A DNA stretch of 64,000 nt from Burkholderiales bacterium. Its GTDB lineage: Bacteria > Pseudomonadota > Gammaproteobacteria > Burkholderiales > Burkholderiaceae_C. Made by a program: the position numbers and the translations under genes. The DNA lies in assembly GCA_025358485.1 (NCBI GenBank), contig JANYJJ010000137.1:18065-82064 (forward strand), given 5' to 3'. Positions within the stretch are counted from its first letter, which is position 1. Every line of letters starts with the position of its first letter. Shown here in pieces: positions 1 to 8,638 of this stretch. Under the pieces are notes generated by a model. The model had not been told where the DNA came from. It searched no databases and was given only the letters and a program-made list of their open reading frames with translations.

Positions 1-216
1 GCTGTCACGCCGCGCGCACCCATCGCAAATGTGTGATGTCACTGGGCGCAAACATCCGTGCTCGATAGCCGGTCTGACATGACCAGCACAGATCTGCGCG
101 ATCAGCTTGCCCACAATAAAGGCATATGGGCCCCACCCCGTCTCACTTCAAGCCTTCAGTTCAGTGCGTCCCCAAGGTGGCAGACCCTCGTGATCTGCGC
201 CCGCTAAAGTTCTTTC

Positions 217-816
217 ATGACCAAACCGCTCATTGCCCTGGACGCAGACGGCGTGCTGCTTGACTTCAACCGCGCCTACGGCAGCGCATGGCAGCGCGCT
301 TTCGGTGCGCACCCGCGCGAGCGCGACCCCATGGCCTATTGGCCCATGGACCGCTGGGACGTGGAACGCCTCGACGACGTTGGCCGCGACCATTTCCGTG
401 CCCATTTCGACGAGCTTTTTTGGTCTACCTTGCACCCCGAGCCGGGCGCTCTGGACGCTTGTCATCGCTTGGTGAATGCAGGCTTCGATTTGGTCTGCGT
501 GTCTGCCCTTGACTCGGAATTTGAAGCTGCGCGCCTGCGCAATTTGCAAGACCACGGATTCCCGATTCAACGCGTGATTGCCACTGGCAATGCAGAAGGC
601 CCGCGCAGCCCCAAGGCCGACGCCATCGCACGTCTGCGACCCACTGCTTTCGTGGACGATTACCTGCCCTATTTGCGCGGCCTGCCGCCGCAGGTGCATA
701 CCGCCTTGGTGCTGCGCGCACCCCACGGCAGCCCCAATACCGGCGAAGACATGCGCTTGGCGCATTCGACCCACCAAGACTTGGCGGCCTTCGCCACGGC
801 TTGGTTGGCCCGCTGA
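217..816 (+). CDS. HAD-superfamily hydrolase
   Basis: 199-aa ORF with N-terminal DxDG motif (IALDADGVLLDF) typical of haloacid-dehalogenase-like phosphatases. Confidence 0.75.
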   Translation: MTKPLIALDADGVLLDFNRAYGSAWQRAFGAHPRERDPMAYWPMDRWDVERLDDVGRDHFRAHFDELFWSTLHPEPGALDACHRLVNAGFDLVCVSALDSEFEAARLRNLQDHGFPIQRVIATGNAEGPRSPKADAIARLRPTAFVDDYLPYLRGLPPQVHTALVLRAPHGSPNTGEDMRLAHSTHQDLAAFATAWLAR

Positions 817-837
817 AACCATTCGAGATCGAAAAAA

Positions 838-1821
838 ATGAACAGCGGAATGAACGGCGCAATGAACCAAGGAATAAACAGAAGCATGAACAGAGTCTTG
901 GCCCACACCGGCGCGAAATTCCCCATCGTGCAAGCGCCCATGGGCTGGATCGCACGCTCACCCTTGGCCTTGGCCGTGTCACGCGCAGGCGGCTTGGGCG
1001 TCATCGAAACGTCTTCCGGTGAAACGGAAAACTGCCAGCGCGAAATCGCCATCATGAGCGCCTGCGGTCTGCCCTTCGGCGTGAACCTGCCCATCCGCTT
1101 TTTGCAAGACGACGCGATGCTGAAGTTTGTGTGTGCCAGCGGCGTCAAGTTCGTCACCACCTCGGCCGGCAGCCCCGCCAAATTCATCGCACCGTTGAAA
1201 GATGCGGGCATCACCGTCTATCACGCCGTGCCCACGGTAGCCACCGCCATGAAGTGCGTCGACGCAGGCATCGACGGCTTGGTGGTGGAAGGCGCGGAAG
1301 GCGGCGGCTTCAAAAATCCGGAAGAGGTTTCGACCCTGGTGTTGTTGCAAGCCATACGCGCCAAAGTCAACGTGCCCATGATTGCCGCGGGTGGCATTTG
1401 CGACGGTCGCGGCATGGCCGCCGCGTTCGCGTTGGGCGCCGAAGCCATCCAAATGGGCACGCGCTTTGTGAGCTGCGCCGAGAGCCCCGTGCACGCCAAC
1501 TACAAGCAAGCCATCATCGACGCGAAAGAGACTGGCACCTACGTGCTGAACAAAAAAGCATCGCCCGGCATACGCGCCTTGAAGTCGCAGCGCACACTCG
1601 CCATTCACGATGCTGGACTGATGCCAGCCGACGCGCTGAGCGGCATTTTGGGTGTCTACTTTGGCGGTGACATGGAAGCCGCACCGGCCTTGGCCGGGCA
1701 GTCGGCCGGACTCATCACCGAAGTCAAAACTGCGCAAGAAATCATCGAGCAAACGGTGGCGGAATTCTTTGCCATCACGCAGAGGCTGGGCGCGTTGGCG
1801 GCGGGGCAGAGTTTTGGGTGA
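838..1821 (+). CDS. nitronate monooxygenase / FabK-like FMN oxidoreductase
   Basis: FPIVQAPMG, GGLGVIE and AAGGICDGRG motifs of the NMO/2-nitropropane dioxygenase TIM-barrel family. The true start is ambiguous among four in-frame ATGs (838, 850, 862, 886). Confidence 0.85.
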   Translation: MNSGMNGAMNQGINRSMNRVLAHTGAKFPIVQAPMGWIARSPLALAVSRAGGLGVIETSSGETENCQREIAIMSACGLPFGVNLPIRFLQDDAMLKFVCASGVKFVTTSAGSPAKFIAPLKDAGITVYHAVPTVATAMKCVDAGIDGLVVEGAEGGGFKNPEEVSTLVLLQAIRAKVNVPMIAAGGICDGRGMAAAFALGAEAIQMGTRFVSCAESPVHANYKQAIIDAKETGTYVLNKKASPGIRALKSQRTLAIHDAGLMPADALSGILGVYFGGDMEAAPALAGQSAGLITEVKTAQEIIEQTVAEFFAITQRLGALAAGQSFG

Positions 1822-2078
1822 GTGACGCTGAGTTGCGCACCTATGGCCGTCTATTTAAGTTTCTGCATGGCACCTGGGATCGGTGAAAAGGAGTTAAAGA
1901 GAGAGGTTGAAACGTGCGCATCAACGTTTGTTGAGCAAGCCATGGGCCTCATGACCTCTCAAGCCGCATTGCGAACCCGATGTTTGCAGAGTTTGAATGC
2001 CGCTGGCGATTGAACTCTGGCGTGGCGCTGCTTACAGTGCAGGCCATGTTGACGCTCACGTCAAGCCACTTGCCGAGC

Positions 2079-2531
2079 ATGCTGTCCATGACCACTCTCG
2101 CCGCCGCGTTGCCTGCCACTTCTGCATTGGTGCAGTTGCCTTTGCTGTTGCCCGTCACACTGAGCACGGCGGTATTCAGCGCGATCTTTCAACTCGTTTT
2201 GACGACTTTGGTCATTCGGAGGCGCATGCGCTTGCGCATCAGCCTGTTGGACGGTGGTGATGCGCTTTTGACGCGGCGCATACGGGCTCACGCCAACTTC
2301 ACTGAGACGGTGCCAATCGCCTTGTTGCTGATGCTGCTGTTGGAGCTGGCGAGTTGGAATTCTGCGCTGTTGACCGGGTGCGCCGCGTTGCTGATCGGCG
2401 GGCGCCTGTTGCATGCAATAGGCCTCTTGCAGCCGACGCCGGGCCTGGCGCGTCGTGTGGGCATGTTGTGCACAATGACGTCGGTGTTGCTGATGGGCTT
2501 GGCCGGTGCGTGGTTGCTGCTTCCGGGATGA
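2079..2531 (+). CDS. MAPEG-family membrane protein
   Basis: Hydrophobic ~150-aa product with RRIRAHANFTETVPIALLL and GRLLHAIG segments typical of MAPEG. Start chosen at an internal ATG, uncertain. Confidence 0.6.
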   Translation: MLSMTTLAAALPATSALVQLPLLLPVTLSTAVFSAIFQLVLTTLVIRRRMRLRISLLDGGDALLTRRIRAHANFTETVPIALLLMLLLELASWNSALLTGCAALLIGGRLLHAIGLLQPTPGLARRVGMLCTMTSVLLMGLAGAWLLLPG

Positions 2532-2560
2532 CCGGAATCTTCCAAGAGCCCCCAACCGAT

Positions 2561-3268
2561 CTATGCCTTGGCCGCTTTCACTGCCAGCCGCTCGCCTCGA
2601 AAGGCCATGGCGGTGTCAAAGGCTGAGCTCACAAAGCCGAGCACGGCGGCAAATTCTTCATCGCTGAGCTGGCGTGCGGCGTCACGCGAGCGGTACACAT
2701 TGGCCAGCTCGCGCTCGCGCCCGGCCTGCACGGCCAAGCGGCCCACGCCCAGGTCTTCCAGCGTTTTCCAAAGCTTGGGGTTGTAAGCGCGGGTGAGTTT
2801 CATGACCACTGGGATCGGGTCTTTGCGGCCCAGGACGGCGGCCAAACGCAAGATCACTTCAAACGGCAGACCGACCTTGCCGCCCTCCACCGCCTCCAAC
2901 AACGATGTGTCTTTGAGGTTGATGGCTTGACCCAATTCGCCGAGCGTCAAACCGGCCGCGTCGCGCAGCTCGCGGAACAGGCCGCCCGCCTTTTCAACCG
3001 CCACTTGCTGCGCCACGGGCAAGCGCGACTTCACCAATTTGAAGGACAGGTCGGCTGCGCTGCTGGCCGCGCTGCTGGCGGCACTGCCCGTCAAACCCAA
3101 GACAAAACCAGTCCACGACCGCAAGTCGCGGGCGAGGGCTTGAATGCCTTTGTCCAAACTCAGTCCTGGCACCAAAGAACCCGACACCTTTGTCGCTACT
3201 TTGGACGGGGTCGCCTTGCGCGCAACGGGCTTGACGCGGGAAGTCAACTTTTTTGAGGCTGTGGGCAT
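2561..3268 (-). CDS. hypothetical protein with helix-turn-helix-like segment
   Basis: ATG at 3268 is preceded by GGAGAG. Segment GLTLGELGQAINLKDTSLLEAVEGG resembles an XRE-type HTH. No closer assignment. Confidence 0.6.
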   Translation of the reverse strand: MPTASKKLTSRVKPVARKATPSKVATKVSGSLVPGLSLDKGIQALARDLRSWTGFVLGLTGSAASSAASSAADLSFKLVKSRLPVAQQVAVEKAGGLFRELRDAAGLTLGELGQAINLKDTSLLEAVEGGKVGLPFEVILRLAAVLGRKDPIPVVMKLTRAYNPKLWKTLEDLGVGRLAVQAGRERELANVYRSRDAARQLSDEEFAAVLGFVSSAFDTAMAFRGERLAVKAAKA

Positions 3269-3349
3269 GAAGGACTCTCCGTGGCGTTGACTGGCTGATG
3301 AACAGACGATGGCCAACCCAGAGTAGGCGGCTTGCTGGGCCGCGTCGAT

Positions 3350-4264
3350 TCAGGTTTTCACTCTGCGCGAGGGGTTCTCAGTTGCAGGAAGCAAGGATTG
3401 GTGCGTGCCGTTCAAATCGAGCACGACGGTGTGTGCGGCTTTGTCGTGCAGGGCTTGGCGGTTGCTGTCCCACAGCAGCTGCAAAAAGCCAAACATGCCG
3501 GTGGACACACCTGCTGCGTAGCCGCCGTAGCGCTTGAACGAAAGCATCAGGGTCATGGGCTTGCCAGTCAATTCGACCACGCGCAGCTTGAACAAACGCT
3601 TGCCCAAGGTCTGGCCTTTCCACCACACCGGCAAGGCCGAGAAATACAGCACCGTCCAGCCCAAGCCCAAACCCAAGTCGTCAGACCAACTGGCCACGGC
3701 GCTTTTGACACTCAGTTTTTTGGGCTGCTTGGCTTTCTCAAGCGCGTCTTCCAATTCCGCGATCTTGGCTGCTAAGGCTTCGGGGCTGGACGCTGCGTTG
3801 GCAGGCGCTGTGTTGGGAGTTGCAACACTTTTGACGCCGTCGCCGTTGATCGAGACTGAAATGCCCTTTGCGTCTTCCAGATCAAACTCGATGCTGCCGC
3901 GCGTGCTGTAGAGCTGCAGCGCGCCCGACACCAACATCACCGCCGCGCCCGTCCAGGCCGTAACCAGGAGCCATGTTTTTTGTTTTGCAAATTCAGCCGG
4001 ACGCTGTCGCACAAGCAGCCAATTGGCCAGCGCCACGCCGCCCAGCAACAAAAAGTTGGCGTGTTGGGACAGCACACCGATCACCGCCAAATCGACCCCG
4101 ATGGCCAGCAAACGCCGCCAAGGACTGGCCAGCGGGGCGCCCAACAAACCAGGCGCGACATTCAAATCGTCGTGCGTGACCCAAGCATGCTTTGCGTTTT
4201 TGGCCGCTTTGAAAGCCTTGGAATCGACAGCTGCTGCGGGCTCGGGTTGTGAAGGCGACTCCAT
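3350..4264 (-). CDS. RDD-family membrane protein
   Basis: WRRLLAIGVDLAVIGVL near the N-terminus and GQTLGKRLFKLRVV near the C-terminus, as in RDD-domain proteins. Only 21 nt downstream of the preceding gene. Confidence 0.7.
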   Translation of the reverse strand: MESPSQPEPAAAVDSKAFKAAKNAKHAWVTHDDLNVAPGLLGAPLASPWRRLLAIGVDLAVIGVLSQHANFLLLGGVALANWLLVRQRPAEFAKQKTWLLVTAWTGAAVMLVSGALQLYSTRGSIEFDLEDAKGISVSINGDGVKSVATPNTAPANAASSPEALAAKIAELEDALEKAKQPKKLSVKSAVASWSDDLGLGLGWTVLYFSALPVWWKGQTLGKRLFKLRVVELTGKPMTLMLSFKRYGGYAAGVSTGMFGFLQLLWDSNRQALHDKAAHTVVLDLNGTHQSLLPATENPSRRVKT

Positions 4265-4285
4265 CCTGTGGCCTGGTTCGCAAGA

Positions 4286-6052
4286 TCAAACGGTTTTGAC
4301 TTTGACCTTGGCGTGCTCGTGGATGCCCATGGCACCGAAGAACAGGGCCACCAAGCGGTGCGCGTCGGTGAAGCTGACGCTGCGGTTTTCGCTGCGCCGC
4401 GCCAGCACCCAATTCAGCAAATCACCGGCGGCGATGAAGTCCACGCGGATCAAGCGCGTGCACGACACGTTGACGAAAGCGGCAGCGCCCAATTGCGTGT
4501 CCATGCGCTTCAGCACCTCGCTGATGTCACCCACCAATTGGCCCGACAGCTCGACCCCCGCCGTTTGGCTGTGGCCGCTTTCATCGATCAAATGTGACTC
4601 GACAAAATGGGCGCTGATTTCACTCGTGACCGAGCCGGTGGGGGCGTTGGTGCTTTGACCGACGGCGCTGACGCGCACTTTGCAGCGCGCGCTTTCCCAA
4701 GACGGTGGCGACACTTCGTAGGTCACGCAGTAGTCGATGGCGGTTTCATCAAACTGGTCGGGCCGGTTGGTCATTCGCAAGGCTTCCATGCGCAGATGCC
4801 AATAAAGCGGATCCACGTCGCGCAGGCCCGTGGGCGACGCGTCAGTCAGCGCGGCAAACAAGCGATCGCCGGCCAGCCAACGCATGTCCAAGGGCTGCGT
4901 CATCCAATTGCGAAACAAAGCACTCAGACCAGCACAGGCTTCAGGATCGACGGCGCGCAGTGCACTCCAGTCAAACACCCACGGCAACGGCATTTGCAAG
5001 GTTTGCGCTCGCAGGCTGGCCACCGCTTCGGCGTCTACGTAAGGCGGACAGACCCAGCCAATTTGCGCATCGATGCGCCCGCTGGTTGCGCGTTCTTCAG
5101 TCGCAGCTTCGGCGACCAACTTCGGCATGGAATACCACTGCGGTGCCGACCAGCCAAACTGCTGCGCGTAGTCCAGCGCCAAACTCTCGAACCGATGGTG
5201 CTGGCCTATGGCGCGGTACAAATCAAACAATACCAGCCAAGTTTCGGCATGTTGGGCGCGACCACCGCCGGCTGCGGTCAAGGTGGTGAGCGAGTGCTCG
5301 CACAGATCGAAGTCGGCGTTGGCAAAAGCGATGACGGCTTCGTCCAAATCAGGGTCGTGTCGAACTTCCGTTTCAACCGCTGCGGGCACCCCGCCGAAGA
5401 CGGGCGGGTGAACGCTGCGCGGCTTGTCGCCGCTCGCTGTCATTGAAACCGCCGAGGACGCCGCCAGCGTGGGAATTCGCGACAGCGGCGACACGCCCGC
5501 GCCCATCACCGCCACATTGGGTGTGCCCAAAGGCGCGCTCAGCGACAGCTCTTCCGAATCCATCACCAAGCCGCCGCGACTGGACGCACCCGCAACCGTA
5601 GATCGGTACGCGCGCTGCTCCAAGCTGGCCGGCTGCGTGCGGGCGTTGAAAAACTCGGCCCCGCGGCGGCCTTCGCTGGGCAAAGTTTCGCCCGCCATTT
5701 GCTGTTCGATCTCGTCGATCTTGGCCTTCACGCCGCTGTCTTGGCGCAAATTGCTGTCGGGCAGGCGACCTTCGGTATCGCCCATCCGCGACGAGGCTCC
5801 ACCCAACGCGGCCAGTTGTTCGGGCGACAAACCTTCGCGCCGCACTTTGCGCAGCACATCGAATTCGCGTTTGCGAACAAAGTCGTTGCGCCGTTTGCGC
5901 TCGATCATGGCCTTGAGCTCGGCCTTGGCGAATTCGGTTTCGCGAACCTCGGGTGCCGACGCACCCAAGTCATGCCATTCGGTGGACGGATTGGCGACGA
6001 ACTTGACGACCTTGCGGAAAAAACTCGTCGCGTCTTTCGGTTCCGTGGTCAT
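4286..6052 (-). CDS. hypothetical protein with charged N-terminus and two tandem helical + STAS-like modules
   Basis: 588-aa ORF with a visible internal duplication (FESLALDYAQQFGWSAPQW / FDETAIDYCVTYEVSPPSW). No family name recognised with confidence. Confidence 0.7.
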   Translation of the reverse strand: MTTEPKDATSFFRKVVKFVANPSTEWHDLGASAPEVRETEFAKAELKAMIERKRRNDFVRKREFDVLRKVRREGLSPEQLAALGGASSRMGDTEGRLPDSNLRQDSGVKAKIDEIEQQMAGETLPSEGRRGAEFFNARTQPASLEQRAYRSTVAGASSRGGLVMDSEELSLSAPLGTPNVAVMGAGVSPLSRIPTLAASSAVSMTASGDKPRSVHPPVFGGVPAAVETEVRHDPDLDEAVIAFANADFDLCEHSLTTLTAAGGGRAQHAETWLVLFDLYRAIGQHHRFESLALDYAQQFGWSAPQWYSMPKLVAEAATEERATSGRIDAQIGWVCPPYVDAEAVASLRAQTLQMPLPWVFDWSALRAVDPEACAGLSALFRNWMTQPLDMRWLAGDRLFAALTDASPTGLRDVDPLYWHLRMEALRMTNRPDQFDETAIDYCVTYEVSPPSWESARCKVRVSAVGQSTNAPTGSVTSEISAHFVESHLIDESGHSQTAGVELSGQLVGDISEVLKRMDTQLGAAAFVNVSCTRLIRVDFIAAGDLLNWVLARRSENRSVSFTDAHRLVALFFGAMGIHEHAKVKVKTV

Positions 6053-6096
6053 GGCTTACTTGCGTGGGCGGCTGATTCGACGCTGTCGCTCGGTGC

Positions 6097-7317
6097 TCAA
6101 TCGCCGAACATTTTTTGCTTCAGCTCACGCCTTTGTTGCGCCTCCAGCGACAAGGTCGCCGTGGGCCGCGCGATGAGTCGGCCCAAGCCTATCGGCTCAC
6201 CGGTTTCGTCACAGAAACCGTAATCACCGGCATCGATGCGAACAATGGACTGCGATATTTTCTTCAGCAGCTTGCGTTCGCGGTCGCGCGTGCGCAACTC
6301 CAGCGCGTGCTCTTCTTCGATGGTGGCGCGGTCAGCCGGGTCGGGCACGATGGAAGTGTCTTCGCGCAGGTTTTCGGTCGTTTGACCGGCATTGCTGAGC
6401 AAGTCGTCTTTCAGCGTTTGCAAGCGCACCCGGAAGAACTCGAGCTGCTTGTCGTTCATGTACTCGGCTTCGGGCATGGCGAACAGCTCGGCGTCGGACA
6501 AGTCTTTGCCAGCCTTGGTTTTCCAGGCGTTTGCGAGCTTGGGATCCATCTTTTGCACCGGCTTGGGCGCATCGGTCATGACTTGGTTCATGACGCGGGT
6601 GGGCGGCCGAGGCGGAGCGAAGCGGTCGGCAAAACGTGACGTTGGGGGCGGCAAAGGCACCACCGCCTGAACAATTTGCGACGCCCGACCGCGGCCGCCA
6701 GCGCGAGGCGCTTTGGCGGGTGCGGCCACTTTGGCAGGCGTGACCACGGGGGCCGCTACGAAAGCAGCTGCAACAACAGCGGGAGCCGCAACTTCAGCGG
6801 CAATTTTTGGAGAACTGGATACTTTCAATGGGGGCGCAGTCTTAACAGGCGGCTTGACAGCCGACTTGGGTGAGGATTTTGAAATCGGTTGGGCGCTCAG
6901 TTTGACGACCGGCGCTGGCAGTGGTTTTACGGCAGATTTGGCCGCAGGTTTAGCGGCAGTTTTGTTTGCAGCTTTGTTTGCAGTTTTGGCAAGAGGTTTG
7001 GCCGTGCCTTTGCTTGCGGGCTTTGGGGTCGGCTTTGGGGTCGGTTTCGGGGCCGATTTCGGGGCCGATTTCGGCGCAGTTTTCGGATGCGATTTGGCAG
7101 CAGCTTTGTGAGCAACCTTCGCGCCGATTTTTTGTGCGGCCTTGGGTGCAGTTTTAGGTGCAGTTTTTGCGGGCACTTTGGCCGCTGGCTTCGCTGTCGG
7201 CTTGGGTGATGCTTTGACCGCCGCTTTGACAGCGGCTTTTGTCTTGGTCGCAGATGCGACAGATTTGCCAGCTGCCACTTTTTTTGCAGCTGCCTTCTTG
7301 ACCGGAATTTTGCTCAC
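6097..7317 (-). CDS. DksA-like RNA-polymerase-binding protein with long Lys/Ala/Pro-rich N-terminal tail
   Basis: The C-terminal 130 aa align by eye with E. coli DksA (DPADRAT coiled-coil tip, ELRTRDRERKLLKKI, GFCDETGEPIGLGRLIARPTATLSLEA). GTG at 7317 has a GAGGAG 6 nt upstream. The ORF track's upstream start at 7443 is less likely. Confidence 0.8.
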   Translation of the reverse strand: MSKIPVKKAAAKKVAAGKSVASATKTKAAVKAAVKASPKPTAKPAAKVPAKTAPKTAPKAAQKIGAKVAHKAAAKSHPKTAPKSAPKSAPKPTPKPTPKPASKGTAKPLAKTANKAANKTAAKPAAKSAVKPLPAPVVKLSAQPISKSSPKSAVKPPVKTAPPLKVSSSPKIAAEVAAPAVVAAAFVAAPVVTPAKVAAPAKAPRAGGRGRASQIVQAVVPLPPPTSRFADRFAPPRPPTRVMNQVMTDAPKPVQKMDPKLANAWKTKAGKDLSDAELFAMPEAEYMNDKQLEFFRVRLQTLKDDLLSNAGQTTENLREDTSIVPDPADRATIEEEHALELRTRDRERKLLKKISQSIVRIDAGDYGFCDETGEPIGLGRLIARPTATLSLEAQQRRELKQKMFGD

Positions 7318-7452
7318 TGGGGTCTCCTCGGAGCGCTGGTTATGTCCGTTCGGCTTGTGGCGGAGGCTCCGCAGGGCCGTTTTCGCGCGTCGCGGATTGT
7401 AGCCACGGCGTTGTCGCCCAATGGCCGCTGTCAGCGCGAGCACAAAACCCGG

Positions 7453-8520
7453 TCATGCCACGCACTGCTCCAGGCCTTGCAAAAAGATGTCTTGCGGCAG
7501 GTCAATGCCAATGAACACCATTTTGCTGATCTTCTTTTCGCCGGGCATCCAACGCGGGCCCATGTCGCTGCCCATGAGCTGGTGCACACCTTGAAAAATG
7601 ACCTTGCGGTCGCTGCCTTTCATGTGCAAAACCCCTTTGTAACGCAGCATCTTGGGGCCGTAGACCTGAACAATCGCACCCAGAAAATCTTCCAACTTGG
7701 CCGGATTGAGGGGCTTTTCGGCGCGAAAGACGAAGGACTTGACGTCGTCGTCGTGGGCGTGGTGACTGGGGTGATCGCAGTGTTCGTCGTGAACGTGGCC
7801 CTCCTCACCGTGCGCCGGGCCGTTCTTGTGACTGTGGTCGTGACTGTGGTGGTCATGCGCATCGGGTTTCAAAAAGTCGGGGTCGATGTCCAGCTTGGCA
7901 TTCAGGTTGAAGCCCTTCAAGTCAAACACCTTGGCCAGCGGCACCTCGCCAAAGTTCACTGCCGTTTGCGGGGCGCGCGGATTCATGTGCTTAACGCGGT
8001 GTTTCAGAGCCTCCAACGCGGCGGGCTCCACCAAATCGGCCTTGCTGAAGAAAATTTGGTCGGCAAAACCCACTTGCATGCGCGCCTCTTGGCGGTCGTC
8101 TAGCTGCTTTTGGCCGTGCACCGAATCGACCAAGGTGAGGATGCTGTCAAGCAAATAACTCTCGGCGATTTCGTCGTCCATGAAGAAAGTTTGCGCCACC
8201 GGGCCGGGGTCGGCCAGGCCGGTGGTCTCGATCACGACGCGGTCAAACTGCAACTCGCCTTTGCGCTTTTTCTCGGCCAAATCGGCCAGCGTGGTGCGCA
8301 GGTCTTCGCGAATGGAGCAGCACACGCAGCCGTTGTTGAGCTGGATGATTTGCTCTTTGCTGTCTTGCACCAAGATTTCGTTGTCGATGTTTTCGGTGCC
8401 GAACTCGTTTTCAATCACGGCAATTTTTTGACCGTGGGCTTCGGTCAGCACCCGCTTGAGCAGCGTGGTTTTGCCCGAGCCAAGAAAGCCGGTGAGGATG
8501 GTCGCGGGAATGAGGGCCAT
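7453..8520 (-). CDS. COG0523 (CobW/YeiR/ZigA-like) metal-chaperone GTPase with His-rich insert
   Basis: P-loop GFLGSGKTTLL, CXCC motif (GCVCCS) and His-rich stretch HDHHSHDHSHKNGPAHGEEGHVHDEHCDHPSHHAHDDD. ATG at 8520 is preceded by AGGAAA. Confidence 0.9.
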   Translation of the reverse strand: MALIPATILTGFLGSGKTTLLKRVLTEAHGQKIAVIENEFGTENIDNEILVQDSKEQIIQLNNGCVCCSIREDLRTTLADLAEKKRKGELQFDRVVIETTGLADPGPVAQTFFMDDEIAESYLLDSILTLVDSVHGQKQLDDRQEARMQVGFADQIFFSKADLVEPAALEALKHRVKHMNPRAPQTAVNFGEVPLAKVFDLKGFNLNAKLDIDPDFLKPDAHDHHSHDHSHKNGPAHGEEGHVHDEHCDHPSHHAHDDDVKSFVFRAEKPLNPAKLEDFLGAIVQVYGPKMLRYKGVLHMKGSDRKVIFQGVHQLMGSDMGPRWMPGEKKISKMVFIGIDLPQDIFLQGLEQCVA

Positions 8521-8638
8521 GGGGTTTCCTGAGTGAATCTGGTGAAAGGTCGAGCAGCGGTGCGCAACCCGGCAAGCTAGCACAGTTGTCAAGGGACGGT
8601 TCGATTTGTACGCACCGGCGCGTTAAGCTCGCTTCACT

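Noticed and set aside
1-216. Possible 3' end of a gene or a 42-aa ORF (MTSTDLRDQLAHNKG...) at the window edge
   Set aside because: It is too short, has no motif and no convincing RBS. It cannot be supported from sequence alone.
8521-8638. Zur box upstream of the COG0523 GTPase
   Set aside because: No AT-rich palindrome resembling TGTTATnnTATAACA is present and the region is GC-rich. A PWM scan is still needed.
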